Positions 33,671 to 43,741 are shown, counted from the stretch's first letter. The stretch is 64,000 bases of DNA from an uncultured Planctomycetota bacterium (GCA_963737655.1 CAVTTN010000002.1:384001-448000); one strand, 5' to 3'. The notes: generated from the sequence alone by a model not told the origin. A program made the numbers and translations.

Positions 33671-33997
33671 GCTCTGTCGAGAACCCGGTTCGCCGAGGTC
33701 TAACGAGTAGGTCCGACTTCAGTCGGGCCTACAAGAGAAGACCCTTTTTTGTAGGCCCGACTGAAGTCGGGTACGTGTTTAGCGCCTCGAATCGCGGTTT
33801 TTGTAGGGTCCGCATTTGCGGACCTCTTCGCGACAAAGCGTAATCGAAGAGGTCCGCAAGAGCGGACCCTACCAAAACCGCCTTCTCACCCGCGAAACGC
33901 GTACGAAGTCGGGCCTACAAGAAGGTCTTATTTTGTAGGCCCGACTGAAGTCGGACCTACTCGTTTTCCTCATTCTCAAGGGGGTTTTCTCCAGAGC
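33671..33997. mobile_element. Composite MITE: family B REP element containing a family A element (33771-33904)
   Basis: Outer ends GCTCTGTCGAGAACCC / GGGTTTTCTCCAGAGC, GTAGGTCCGACTTCAGTCGG REPs, and inner ends GTACGTGTTTAGCG / CGCGAAACGCGTAC. Confidence 0.75.
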
Positions 33998-34120
33998 AGA
34001 TCTGAAACCATTTCCCCCGGACCTCCGCGGACGCTGGCCGAGGCGGTCGCTTCCTGGTAACATCTTGCCTCGACTCGGCGGCCGACCCGCCGGGCGGGTG
34101 GCTCGGCGGCGGAGAGATTC

Positions 34121-34972
34121 ATGAAGCAGCTCGTCAAACGAGTCCTCTACAGCGTTGCGCCGAAGTGGACCACCGCCTTGATCTCGGCACGCTCACGGGC
34201 CCACTCGCACCGCCTCGTCACGAGCTGGGGATGCGGCGTGATCAATCAAAAATTGATCGATCGCCTGGGCGACCGGGTCCAGGAGGGTCCGTTCGCCGGC
34301 CTCGTCCTGACGGAGATGACGCGTCGCGAGCACCTGGGCCCTTACCTGCTCGGGCTGTATGAGAGCGAGATCGACGAGGCGTGGGCGACCGTCTTCGCCG
34401 GGGCCTATACCCAGATCCTCGACATCGGCGCGAAGTTCGGCTACTACGCCGTCGGCCTGGCGAAGCGGTTTCCCGGGGCGTCGGTCGTCGCGTTCGACAC
34501 CGATTGGTGGGCCCGCCAGGCGGTCCGGGAGATGGCCGCGGCCAACGGCACCCCGAACGTCGAGATCCAGGGTTTTTGCAGCCCCGAATGGCTCGCCCAG
34601 AACGTCCAGGACGCGTCCCTGATCCTCAGCGACTGCGAGGGGTATGAGTCCGCGCTCTTCAGCCCCGAGACGATCCCTCGCCTCCGCTCGGCGACGATCA
34701 TCATCGAGACCCACGACGGCGTGGTCCCGGGTGTGAGCGACCGGCTCCGGTCGGCCTTCGCCGAGACGCATTCCGTCCGGGTCTTCGGCCTGGAGCCGCG
34801 AAGGACCACCAGCCATCCCCTGGACTTCCTCTCCGAGGCGGAGAGGCAGCTCGCGGTGAAGGAGGTCCGGTCCGTGCAGACCTGGCTGCTCTGCCTGCCC
34901 CGGACCGGGCCCAACCTCGGCCTGGAGCAATCCCGGGACGCCGCAACCGTCTCCGGCCCGTCGCCGACCTGA
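34121..34972 (+). CDS. Class I SAM-dependent methyltransferase (FkbM-like)
   Basis: LDIGAKFGYY, VVAFD, DCEGYE and IETH motifs. Confidence 0.8.
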   Translation: MKQLVKRVLYSVAPKWTTALISARSRAHSHRLVTSWGCGVINQKLIDRLGDRVQEGPFAGLVLTEMTRREHLGPYLLGLYESEIDEAWATVFAGAYTQILDIGAKFGYYAVGLAKRFPGASVVAFDTDWWARQAVREMAAANGTPNVEIQGFCSPEWLAQNVQDASLILSDCEGYESALFSPETIPRLRSATIIIETHDGVVPGVSDRLRSAFAETHSVRVFGLEPRRTTSHPLDFLSEAERQLAVKEVRSVQTWLLCLPRTGPNLGLEQSRDAATVSGPSPT

Positions 34973-35034
34973 CCCGGCCGGCCTTCCCCCCCGCATGCCG
35001 ACGAGGACGCGGCCCGGGGGACGGGCCTCAAAGG

Positions 35035-35080
35035 GACCGGCCCACCTCGTCTCCCCTGGAGGAGACGAGGCGGGCCGGTC
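35035..35080. terminator. GC-rich hairpin between convergent genes
   Basis: GACCGGCCCACCTCGTCTCC-N6-GGAGACGAGGCGGGCCGGTC, with no clear U-tract. Confidence 0.45.
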
Positions 35081-35110
35081 GTTCGCCCGATCGAGGTCAG
35101 GCCCTCGCGG

Positions 35111-36043
35111 TTATCGGGCCGGCGTGGTCACCGGGACGGCGATGCCGTTGGTCGTCGGCCTGGTGGTCGAGGACGACGTGCCTCCGCTGATCGGGATGTT
35201 GATCGACTTCAAGCTCCGGGCCATGAACGAATAGGTGAAGATCGTGTTGACGACCGTGTTGAATGGCGCGGCCAGGCGGTTGATGAAGACCGTGGTCCTC
35301 ACGATCGGGTCGCGATAGACGTAGATCCGGTCGCCGGGCATCAATTGATAATTGGTGGTGGTGTCGCCGGCCTGCATGATGGCCGGGAGGTTCACCGGCA
35401 GGAGCTGGGGCTCGCTGGAGCCCGGGGGGCGGGCCGGACCAGGCGGATGTTGTTGACGGCGGCCTCGGGGGCGAGCCCCTCCGGCGTACTGGATCGCGTC
35501 CAGGACGGTCTCGTTGCCGGTGATCGGCAGGCGGCCCGGCGCGGCGACGTCTCCCAGGATGTAGAAGACGTGACTGTTGTAGGCCGCCACGTCCACGAAC
35601 ACGCGGTCCGAATCGGCCGGGGCGATCGGGACGACCTTCTTGGTGCCGGCCTCGTTCTCCTCCTCGGCGACCAGGCCGAGGGCCTCATCCGTGAGGTACT
35701 TCCTCAGGTGGATGATGATCTTCTCCTTGACTTCCGCGATCGTCAGGCCGTTGACGTATACGTTGCCGTAGAAGCCCAGGGTGATGGTGCCGTCGGGTCG
35801 GACCAGGCGTTCCCCCTGGATCGGCCGGCCGGGCAGGCCCTCCAGGACCTCGACGATCAGCAGGTCCGGGGGCTCGACGACGTAGTCGGGCATCGAGACT
35901 TTATTCAACTCGATGGGGAGGTTCATCTTGGCGATCTGGTCCTCGGGCACATGGACGGTCTGGCAACCGCACGCGGCCAGGAGGGCCATCGGCGCCAGGA
36001 TCATCCGGCCGAGCCGGGCCAGGTCGGTTCGAGCGCGATCCAT
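35111..36043 (-). CDS. Polysaccharide biosynthesis/export (Wza-like) lipoprotein, with two compensating indels
   Basis: Lipobox-like AACGC, YVVEPPD, VRPDG.I.L, ETVLDAI..AGG and LMPGDRIYV motifs. Confidence 0.85.
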   Translation of the reverse strand: MDRARTDLARLGRMILAPMALLAACGCQTVHVPEDQIAKMNLPIELNKVSMPDYVVEPPDLLIVEVLEGLPGRPIQGERLVRPDGTITLGFYGNVYVNGLTIAEVKEKIIIHLRKYLTDEALGLVAEEENEAGTKKVVPIAPADSDRVFVDVAAYNSHVFYILGDVAAPGRLPITGNETVLDAIQYAGGARPRGRRQQHPPGPARPPGSSEPQLLPVNLPAIMQAGDTTTNYQLMPGDRIYVYRDPIVRTTVFINRLAAPFNTVVNTIFTYSFMARSLKSINIPISGGTSSSTTRPTTNGIAVPVTTPAR

Positions 36044-36296
36044 GCGACACTCCTGCCCGGGTTCTCCGGGGCCGGAGAGATGCGGCCGAGAGACGTCCTC
36101 GACCTCGATCCCTCGACGTCATCCTTCCGTCCCAACGATCCATCCGCACCGGCCGGGCGATCCCTCGGCCCTCCCGAGCGGGAGGGGCGGGTCCGCCCCG
36201 GCCGACCGGCCTCCGAATCCTCCGGAAACCGGGCTTGACATGCTAGTGATCGGCACTCGCCCGGCCATCCTGGAATGGATTTCGCCGGGATGACGG

Positions 36297-36707
36297 TTAG
36301 CGCCCATTATTCCCAAAATACCGGCTCGATCGCCCGTAATAGGACGCCGTGCCGCCGGCCGGGGCGACCGTGTTCCGGCTGAAGTAGCGAGAGGCCGAAC
36401 CGCCCGGGACCATGGCCGTCCGGGGCATCTCGGCCGCGCGGGTCCTCGGCGTCGCGCCCCGGGCGGTCGCCCCCGCCACGGTCTGGCCGGCCGTCTGGGC
36501 CGCCCAGAGATACATCATCGTGTCTCGCGAGGTCGTCGATTGCGCCGTCATGATCGTGTTGAGGTACGGATTCTGGGCGGCGCTGGCGTAGGCGTTGAGC
36601 ATCCCGGGCTGGGTGCCCGCCTGGCCCAGGCCCTGGGCCTTCGCCCCCGATCCCGCCGCCAGGATCAGCGCCGCCGTCAGAAGGGCCGTCGTCGCGATCG
36701 TTCGCAT
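36297..36707 (-). CDS. Small secreted hypothetical protein
   Basis: Signal peptide ending AKA-Q, with GGAG upstream. Confidence 0.6.
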   Translation of the reverse strand: MRTIATTALLTAALILAAGSGAKAQGLGQAGTQPGMLNAYASAAQNPYLNTIMTAQSTTSRDTMMYLWAAQTAGQTVAGATARGATPRTRAAEMPRTAMVPGGSASRYFSRNTVAPAGGTASYYGRSSRYFGNNGR

Positions 36708-37041
36708 CGGTCCGTTCTCCTCGATCTGGGACCATCTCGGGGGGACCGCCGCGATCCCCGCCCGGTCTGGGAAGGATATCGACCGTCCGGCCTCCGGGAG
36801 ATCGCCCGTGAGGCCTGCCCCGTCGGGGATTCCCGACCGGCGCCGTCGTCGTTTTCCTCACGACCCCAAATCTCGCAAATCGCCGAAATCCCCCAGAATT
36901 GCCATTCGAGTGGAGCGCTAGGGGGACGACGTCCGATCGAACGGAACGAGAACCCGCCCCGCGCGGAGTCCGAGGGGACGGTCCCGAGGCGACGGGGCGA
37001 CGGCGAGGTCTTCGATCTTCGAGAGCGGAAGAAGGATGCTC

Positions 37042-37620
37042 ATGAACGTCTCCAGGAGGCTTGCCCGGCCGTCGTCCCTGGCGGTCCTGGCCCTGCTCCT
37101 CGGGCTGCCGGGCCTGGCCCAGGCGCAGCTCTTTCCGAACCTGCCGATCCGCCGCCAGCGGGTCGATTGTGCGCATGAAAACCCGGCGTACCCGATGATC
37201 CGCCAGCAATACTGGGGCTACTACCCGACCTGCTGGCGGAGGTTCCCGCCGGGCTGGGGCTGCCCCAGCGCCGAGGCCCCGAACTGGGCGGCCTCCCTGG
37301 AGAAGCAGCCCCTGCCCAAGCCCGAGAACACCGGGCCCGACAACGAGGAAGACGAGATGGGCGGCCCGCAACCCGGGGCGAACCCGCCGGGAGGCCGACC
37401 CGGCGCGGGGAACGTCCGGCCCGACGCCCTGCCGCCGCTGCCCGGCGACACTTCGCCGTTCGAGAACCAGCCCCAGCCGCCCGCCGGAGGCGGGAATCCC
37501 CCGGCCGGAGGGGCCCGGCCCGGCGACACGCCCCCGGCAGGCACCCCGCCCACGGCCTCCGCCCCGCCCCGACGGACCCGGAGCCTGGTCGCCGGCCTGT
37601 TTGGCGGGACCCGCCGCTAG
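37042..37620 (+). CDS. Secreted Pro-rich hypothetical protein
   Basis: Signal peptide AQA-Q and YWGYYPTCWRRFP. Confidence 0.6.
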   Translation: MNVSRRLARPSSLAVLALLLGLPGLAQAQLFPNLPIRRQRVDCAHENPAYPMIRQQYWGYYPTCWRRFPPGWGCPSAEAPNWAASLEKQPLPKPENTGPDNEEDEMGGPQPGANPPGGRPGAGNVRPDALPPLPGDTSPFENQPQPPAGGGNPPAGGARPGDTPPAGTPPTASAPPRRTRSLVAGLFGGTRR

Positions 37621-37678
37621 AGCCACCTCCGATTTGGTGCGGCGGTTGATTTTGGGGTGGCACGGGTCATACCCGACC

Positions 37679-37906
37679 GTACGTGTTTAGCGGGTAAGAC
37701 GGCTGTTTTCGTCGGGTCCGCCATTGCGGACCTCTTCAGGTCGCCGCGAAATTGAAGAGGTCCGCAATGGCGGACCCGACGAAAACAGCCTGCCAACCCG
37801 CGAAACACGTACCCGACTTCAGTCGGGCCTGCGAAACAAGGGATCTTTGTAGGCCCGACTGAAGTCGGACCTACTCGTATCGATGCTTCGAAGGAGTTTT
37901 CTACAG
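37679..37906. mobile_element. Family A element (37679-37812) joined to a partial family B element
   Basis: GTACGTGTTTAGCG...CGCGAAACACGTAC, then CCGACTTCAGTCGG ... GTAGGCCCGACTGAAGTCGGACCTAC ... GTTTTCTACAG. Confidence 0.75.
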
Positions 37907-38019
37907 GCCGGCACTGGCTTGTTTCGAGGGTTCGGGTCGCGGTACAGTGCCTCTCCTCGTCGCGATCGGATCATCATGTCCGCCCGAGATCCGATCGTTC
38001 GACCCGGAAGGGATGCGCC

Positions 38020-39279
38020 ATGCCCCGAGCCGCCCTCCTCGCGACGACGCTCGCCCTGATGGCGATCGTCCCCGGCCCGATCCGGGCCGAGGATCCACCC
38101 GCAAGCCCGATCCGCGACCAGTACGAACGGATGAGGGCGAAGGCGACCTCGGCCGAGTCGCTCTGGAAGCTCGCGCTCTGGTGCGAATCGCACGACCTGA
38201 AGGCCGAGGCCCGCGAGCAGCTCGCCGAGGTCGTCCGGCTCGACCCGAAGCGAGACGCGGCCTGGAAGCGGCTGGGCTTCAAGAAGGTGGATGGCCAGTG
38301 GCTGGACCCGGCCGGGGTCGTCCCGGCGGCCGAGGCGAAGAAGTCGATCCGGGAATGGGGCGAGAAGCTCCAGGCGATCCACAAGAACGTCCACAAGGGC
38401 AAGAAGCAGGCCGAGGCCCGGGCGGCCCTGGCGGCGATCGTCGATCCCCTGGCCGTCCCGGCGATCTTCCGGGAGTTCGGCCGGAGCGCGAAGGATCAGA
38501 GGATCGCCGTGGACGTGCTCGGGCAGATCCCGGGGGCGTCGTCCTCGAAGGCGCTGGCGTACCTCGCCGTGTTCGGGGCGTCGCCCGAGGTCCAGGCCAT
38601 CGCCTCGGGATTCCTCCGGCCGAGAGACCCCAGGGATTATGCCCGACCGTTGATTGAACTGATCTCCGACCCCCTGAAATACCGGTTCCAGCCGGTCGGA
38701 GGCCCCGAATCGCCGGGCATCCTCTTCGTCGAGGGGGAGACCTACAACGTCCGGAGGCTCTACCAGGCGCCGGCCCCCGACGCCCAGTTCCGCCCCGGCG
38801 ACTCCCTGATCATCGACCCCGACGGCACCGAGCGAATCCTCCGGCCCGACGCCGGCCCCTCGGTCCTGGAAACCGGGGCGAAGGTCAAGACGGGGCAATC
38901 CTTCACGATGAAGGACGCCCAGCAGGCGCTCTATCAATCGGTGATCGCCGCCTCGGATCAACTCCGCAGGGACGTCGAGGCGATGGAGACGCTGAACGCC
39001 GACCGCCTGGCGTTTCGGGAGCGGGTCGTGGCCGTCCTGAAGGACGCCACCGGAAAGAATCCGGGGATCGACCGCAAGTCCTGGGCCGACTGGTTCGCCA
39101 CACTCGATCCGTCCTCAAGAAAGCCCGAGAAGAGGCGGAAACCCGGCGATGTGAAGCCGACGATCGACGAGCTCGCCCCCCTGGCGACCGACACGACCCG
39201 GTTCGGCTCGACAGTCCTGCTCGGGAGCGCGGAGGCGATGGCCTCGGGCAAGGGCGGGACGACCTACGCCCCGACCTGA
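38020..39279 (+). CDS. Secreted helical-repeat (TPR/HEAT-like) protein
   Basis: Signal peptide, LWKLALWC...DP...A.K.LGF and HEAT-like helices. Confidence 0.7.
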   Translation: MPRAALLATTLALMAIVPGPIRAEDPPASPIRDQYERMRAKATSAESLWKLALWCESHDLKAEAREQLAEVVRLDPKRDAAWKRLGFKKVDGQWLDPAGVVPAAEAKKSIREWGEKLQAIHKNVHKGKKQAEARAALAAIVDPLAVPAIFREFGRSAKDQRIAVDVLGQIPGASSSKALAYLAVFGASPEVQAIASGFLRPRDPRDYARPLIELISDPLKYRFQPVGGPESPGILFVEGETYNVRRLYQAPAPDAQFRPGDSLIIDPDGTERILRPDAGPSVLETGAKVKTGQSFTMKDAQQALYQSVIAASDQLRRDVEAMETLNADRLAFRERVVAVLKDATGKNPGIDRKSWADWFATLDPSSRKPEKRRKPGDVKPTIDELAPLATDTTRFGSTVLLGSAEAMASGKGGTTYAPT

Positions 39280-39342
39280 GACTAGAAAACGGCCTCCCCC
39301 GGAAGAGGGAGGCCCGCCCCCGGTCGGGGGCGACGCGAACGA

Positions 39343-39762
39343 TCAGGCCGGTTTCCGCCGCCCTCGCTCCGGAACTTCGAGCGAGGGCCGATAGCGATCG
39401 TTGAAGCCGACCTTGACGGGCTCGCCGGCCACCAGCCGCTCGATATCGGCCCGGGAATCCAGTTCGAGCTCGCTGAACGAGACCTCGGTCCCGTCGCCGG
39501 GCCGATCGGAATCGGCCAGGACGGCGCACTCGGTCAGTTTCCTCACCCCGGCGAAGACCCAACGAGCCGGCCGGCCATCCCAGCGAAACTCCCCCGAGTC
39601 GTCCCCCTCGCCCCGTCGCCCCAGCGCCTCGGCCTTCTCGAAGGCGGCCTCCTCGGACTCGGCCTCCACCAGGATGATGTTCTCCCAGGCCGGGAAATGC
39701 GTTTGTTTGCCGTCCGAAAACTCCACGAACATGACGACATCGGCCGAATACCAGGTTTTCAT
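39343..39762 (-). CDS. DUF4288-like protein (candidate immunity protein)
   Basis: WYSA, E..ILV.A.S.E.A.EKA, W.F.GV and DGTEV motifs. Confidence 0.7.
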   Translation of the reverse strand: MKTWYSADVVMFVEFSDGKQTHFPAWENIILVEAESEEAAFEKAEALGRRGEGDDSGEFRWDGRPARWVFAGVRKLTECAVLADSDRPGDGTEVSFSELELDSRADIERLVAGEPVKVGFNDRYRPSLEVPERGRRKPA

Positions 39763-39965
39763 GCTCGTCCTCGCTTTCGGAGGTTCCGGCACCCCGCCTA
39801 TTTCTGGGCCTGGATGACCTTGAGGATCAGGGACGGGTCGTCAGCCGCCCTGGCCTCGACAAGCATGGCGGCCAGGACCTCGCACAGGGGGAGTTTCGTC
39901 CGGGCCGCCTCGCGCCTCGCCCACTCGGTGATCTCGTTACTCCCGCCCTCGCGGCTCTTCGTCAT
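39759..39965 (-). pseudogene. Mini toxin-like ORF with an internal TAG (39800-39798), ATGA-coupled to the DUF4288 gene
   Basis: MTKSREGGSNEITEWARREAARTKLPLCEVLAAMLVEARAADDPSLILKVIQAQK*AGCRNLRKRGRA*. Confidence 0.55.
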
Positions 39966-40256
39966 GGTTCGCGTCGGGGTCGCTCAACCGGGGACGTCCT
40001 GATCCTCCCGTCATGCTAATCCCGGTCGCCCGGCTCTCGAAAGTCCCCGGGCAGGATTCCCCATGGTTCACGGCGGAGCGTGGCACCCGAAGGGCGCCCT
40101 GCCTGGCGATTCCTCGAGAAGACAACGGCCCTGGCGGATATCTCGGATGCGGCCGGTGGTCCCGGTGCGTACAATCCTCCGGCGACAATCTCGGGGGCCG
40201 TCGAGCGAATCCCCTGGGTCGGGTTGCGACGAACCTCCGGTCCCGGTCATTTCTTG

Positions 40257-41771
40257 ATGAAAACCTCCTCGAAGATCGGCGTGGGGATCGGTCTGGGCCT
40301 GGTGGCCCTGGCGGGCACGGCGTCGCTGGTGGCCTCGGTGGGCGACCTCCACGCGCGGATCGACCGCGTGTCTCCCCTTCTGGCCGTGGCCCTGGCGACC
40401 GTCGCCGTGGTCGCGGCGGCGGGATCGGCGCTGGCCGGGGCGCGGGTCCTGTGGAAGCTCGGCCGCTCGGAACCACCCGCCACCCAGGCTCCGGCCGACG
40501 TCGTCGAGGCCGCCGCCGTCCAGGCGGAGAAGGCCGGGGGCGTGGTCGATCAGGTCGGCGACCAGGCGGTCAAGGCCCGGTTGCAGACCGAGCTCGCCAC
40601 CTTGAAACGCGATCGGGAGAGCCGGCGGTTCCACCTCGTGGTGTTCGGGACGGGTTCGGCCGGCAAGACCTCCTTGATTAATGCCCTTCTCGGCCACCAC
40701 GTCGGCAAGACCGAGCCGACGCTGGGCACCACGCGATCGGGCGTCGATCACACCCACGAGATCCACGGGGTGGACGGCACCTTGATCCTGACCGACACCC
40801 CGGGCCTCTCCGAGATCGGCGACGGGGGGGCGTTGCGGGAGTCCGAGGCCCGAGACCTCGCCGCCCGCGCCGATTTGCTCCTGTTCGTGGTCGATCACGA
40901 CCTGGTTCGCTCGGAGTTCGACCCGATGGCGGCCCTGGCGAAGCAGGGGAAGCGGTCGATCGTCGTCCTCAACAAGAAGGATCGCTTCGTCGATCGGGAC
41001 CGCGAGGCGATCCTGGCCAAGCTCCGGGAGAGGCTCGCCGGGATCGTCCCCCCGGGCGACGTCCTGGCCGTGGCGGCGTCCCCTCGGCCGATCCCGGTGA
41101 AGGTCCAGCGCGACGACGGCCGGATCGACACCGTGTTCGAGGACGAGCCGCCCGACCTCGGCGATCTCCAGGACGCCATCGCGGCGATCTTGAAGCGCGA
41201 GGGGGACTCGCTCCGGGCCGGCAACCTGCTGTTGAGGGCCCATCTCGTCAGCAAGGCGGCGCAGGACCAGGTGAACGTCGAGAGGCGGGTGCGTGCGCAG
41301 GCGATCGTCGATAAATTCCAGTGGATCACCGCGGGGACCGTGTTCACCAACCCGATCCCCGCGCTCGACCTGATGGCCACCGGCGCCGTCCAGTTCCAGA
41401 TGATCTCGGAGATCGCGGCGGTGTACGGGGTGGAGCTCTCGACGAGCCACGTGCGGATGATCGGCGGCCAGATGATCCAGATGTTGCTGAAGCTGGGGAT
41501 GGTGGAGGCGGCGAGCTCGTTGATCGCCGGCCTGTTCAAATCGACCCTCGTGGGCTACGCGGCGGGAGGGGCCGTCCAGGTCGTCACGATGGCGTACCTG
41601 ACCCACATCTCGGGCCAGACCTTCAGCGAGTATTTCGCCCGGGGGCAGAGCTGGGGAGACGGGGGGATGCAGGCGGCCCTGGTCCGCCAGTTCGACCTCA
41701 ATCGCCGGGCCGACTTCCTCCAGGAGTTCGCCAAGCAAGCGATCGCGAAGGTGGTGAAACGCATCAAGTAG
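40257..41771 (+). CDS. Era/TrmE-like GTPase with N-terminal TM segments and C-terminal DUF697
   Basis: G1 GTGSAGKTS, G3 DTPG, G4 NKKD and NPIPALD. Confidence 0.85.
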   Translation: MKTSSKIGVGIGLGLVALAGTASLVASVGDLHARIDRVSPLLAVALATVAVVAAAGSALAGARVLWKLGRSEPPATQAPADVVEAAAVQAEKAGGVVDQVGDQAVKARLQTELATLKRDRESRRFHLVVFGTGSAGKTSLINALLGHHVGKTEPTLGTTRSGVDHTHEIHGVDGTLILTDTPGLSEIGDGGALRESEARDLAARADLLLFVVDHDLVRSEFDPMAALAKQGKRSIVVLNKKDRFVDRDREAILAKLRERLAGIVPPGDVLAVAASPRPIPVKVQRDDGRIDTVFEDEPPDLGDLQDAIAAILKREGDSLRAGNLLLRAHLVSKAAQDQVNVERRVRAQAIVDKFQWITAGTVFTNPIPALDLMATGAVQFQMISEIAAVYGVELSTSHVRMIGGQMIQMLLKLGMVEAASSLIAGLFKSTLVGYAAGGAVQVVTMAYLTHISGQTFSEYFARGQSWGDGGMQAALVRQFDLNRRADFLQEFAKQAIAKVVKRIK

Positions 41772-41882
41772 GGTGCATGAAATGCACCAACCCCGCCGCG
41801 GCCGAAGGCCGCGAACCAAATCCCCGAATCCCCGAACCCCCGGCATCCCCAAATCCCCGAACCCCGGCATCCTCGAACCCCG
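41768..41882. repeat. Single family C REP followed by about 8 degenerate 8-mer tandem repeats (AATCCCCG-like)
   Basis: The first 44 nt are nearly identical to the reverse complement of 17567-17610. Confidence 0.75.
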
Positions 41883-41903
41883 TCGCCCGAGGCCCTCCGC
41901 ATC

Positions 41904-43284
41904 ATGGCCACCGATCCGACCGATCCGAAGGCCGCCGTCGAGCCGCCCGACGCCGTCGAGAAGGCCCGGGAGAGCCTGGAACAGACCCTCGCCGCGCTCA
42001 AGCTCTCGCCCGAGGAGGAGCACGCCCTGGCCGAGGAGCTCGAGGCGCTGCGCGACCTGACCGAGAAGCTCGACGCCGGGACGATCGAGATCGCCGCGTT
42101 CGGGATGGTCAGCCGGGGGAAGTCCTCGGTCCTGAACGCCCTGGCGGGCAAGGAATTGTTCAAGACGGGGGCCACTCACGGGACGACCACGGTCCGCAAC
42201 GCCCACCCGTGGGACGTGGCGACGATCGAGAACCCGTCGCTCGAAGGCTCGAAGCTCGTCCTGGTCGATACGCCGGGGATCGACGAGGTCGGCGGAGAGG
42301 TCCGCGAGGCCCTGGCCCGAGACGTCGCCCGCCATGCCGACCTGCTCCTGTTCGTCGTCTCCGGCGACATGCAACGGCGCGAATTCGAGGCGCTCAGCGA
42401 CCTCCGCGAGGCCCAGAAGCCGATGGTCCTCGTGTTCAACCAGATCGACCGCTATCCCGACGCCGACCGCGACGCGATCTATCACAAGATCAAGGACGAG
42501 CGGGTCCGCCACCTGATCCGCCCCGAAGACATCGTGATGACCGCGGCGAAGCCCGACCCGTTCCGGGTGAAGATCCGCAAGCCCGACGGCACCACGGTGA
42601 ACGAGTGGGAATATCCTCCGCCGATCATCGAGCCCCTGAAGGAGAAGATCCTCGAAGTCCTGGAACGGGAGGGGAAGGCGCTGGTGGCGCTCAACGTCCT
42701 GATCTTCGCGGGGGATTTGCATCAAGAGATCGTCGCGAAGAAGATGAAAATCCGCGACGACGCGGCCGACCGGACGATCTGGAACTTCGCCGTGGCCAAG
42801 GGGGTGGCCGTGGGCCTGAACCCGATCCCCGTGGCCGACATCGCCGGAGGGGCTCGCGGTGGACGTGGCGATGGTCATGGCCCTGAGCAAGGTGTACGGA
42901 ATCCCCCTGACCCGCAGGACGGCCGCCGGGCTCGTGAAAGACATGGCGCTGGCCCTCGGGACGGTCGGCGTGGTGGAGGTGGGCACCCGGCTCGTGGCCA
43001 AGGGCGTGCAATCGGTCCTCGCCGGGCTCACCGTCGCCTCGGGCGGGCTGGCGACCCCGCTCACGATGCTCGGCTACGGCGCCATCGGCCTGACGATCGG
43101 CGGGGCGGGGGCGTTCACGTCGTATGTTCTGGGTCATGGCGCCAAGATTTATCTGGCCCAGGGGTGCCAATGGGGCCCTCGGGGGATCAAGACGGTCGTC
43201 CATCAGATCCTGGAAGAGGCGAAGGAAGGCTCGGTGCTCGACCGCATCCGGGACGACCTCAAGAAGAAGGTCAAGAAGCCGTGA
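41904..43284 (+). CDS. Second Era-like GTPase with DUF697 (extra G near 42850)
   Basis: G1 GMVSRGKSS, DTPG, G4 NQID and NPIPVAD. Continues in the 42859..43284 frame. Confidence 0.82.
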
Positions 43285-43741
43285 CCGAGGCGAGCAAGCC
43301 GGCGAGTCGAGCGCCGTTCTGGCCCGGGGCTCGACCTGGGCGGCCGGGGTCCTGGCGATCGCGGCCGTGGTCCTGGTCGCCGAGATCGTCCTGACCCGGC
43401 CGGTCCGCGAGGCGGTGAAGACGTACACCGAGCTGATCGAGGCCGCCAACCGCGGCGACCTCGACGCCGCCCGGGCGTTGTGCACCGAGCGTTACCTGAA
43501 ATCGCACGGCCTGAAGGCCGCGAAGGAAGGCGGGGTGATCGGCTTGCCCCGGAACATCCACAAGAACTTCCAGGCCTGGCGGGAAGGCCGGGACGTGTTG
43601 CTCTGCCCCACCAACCGAGTGGGGCCGGTGTATCGTTTCATCCAGGACGGCGGCCGCTGGCGGTTCGACGGCGTGGCGGGCCTGCTCGGCCCCGAAGGAC
43701 GGGTCGAGCCGATGGAAGACGGCGAGGACGAGGGGCCGTGA
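43281..43741 (+). CDS. Small membrane-anchored protein, NTF2-like pattern (probable frameshift near 43313)
   Basis: GTGA overlap with the GTPase stop, a TM segment, then Y..LIEAANRGDLDAA..L and W.F. Confidence 0.55.

Noticed and set aside
33700..33965. CRISPR-like repeat-spacer pattern
   Set aside because: The repeats are inverted REP palindromes with irregular spacing, and there are no cas genes.
29271..39800. Amber (TAG) recoding suggested by two in-frame TAGs in small genes
   Set aside because: TAG is a genuine stop for rex, accC and exbD, and no pyl genes or suppressor tRNA are seen here.
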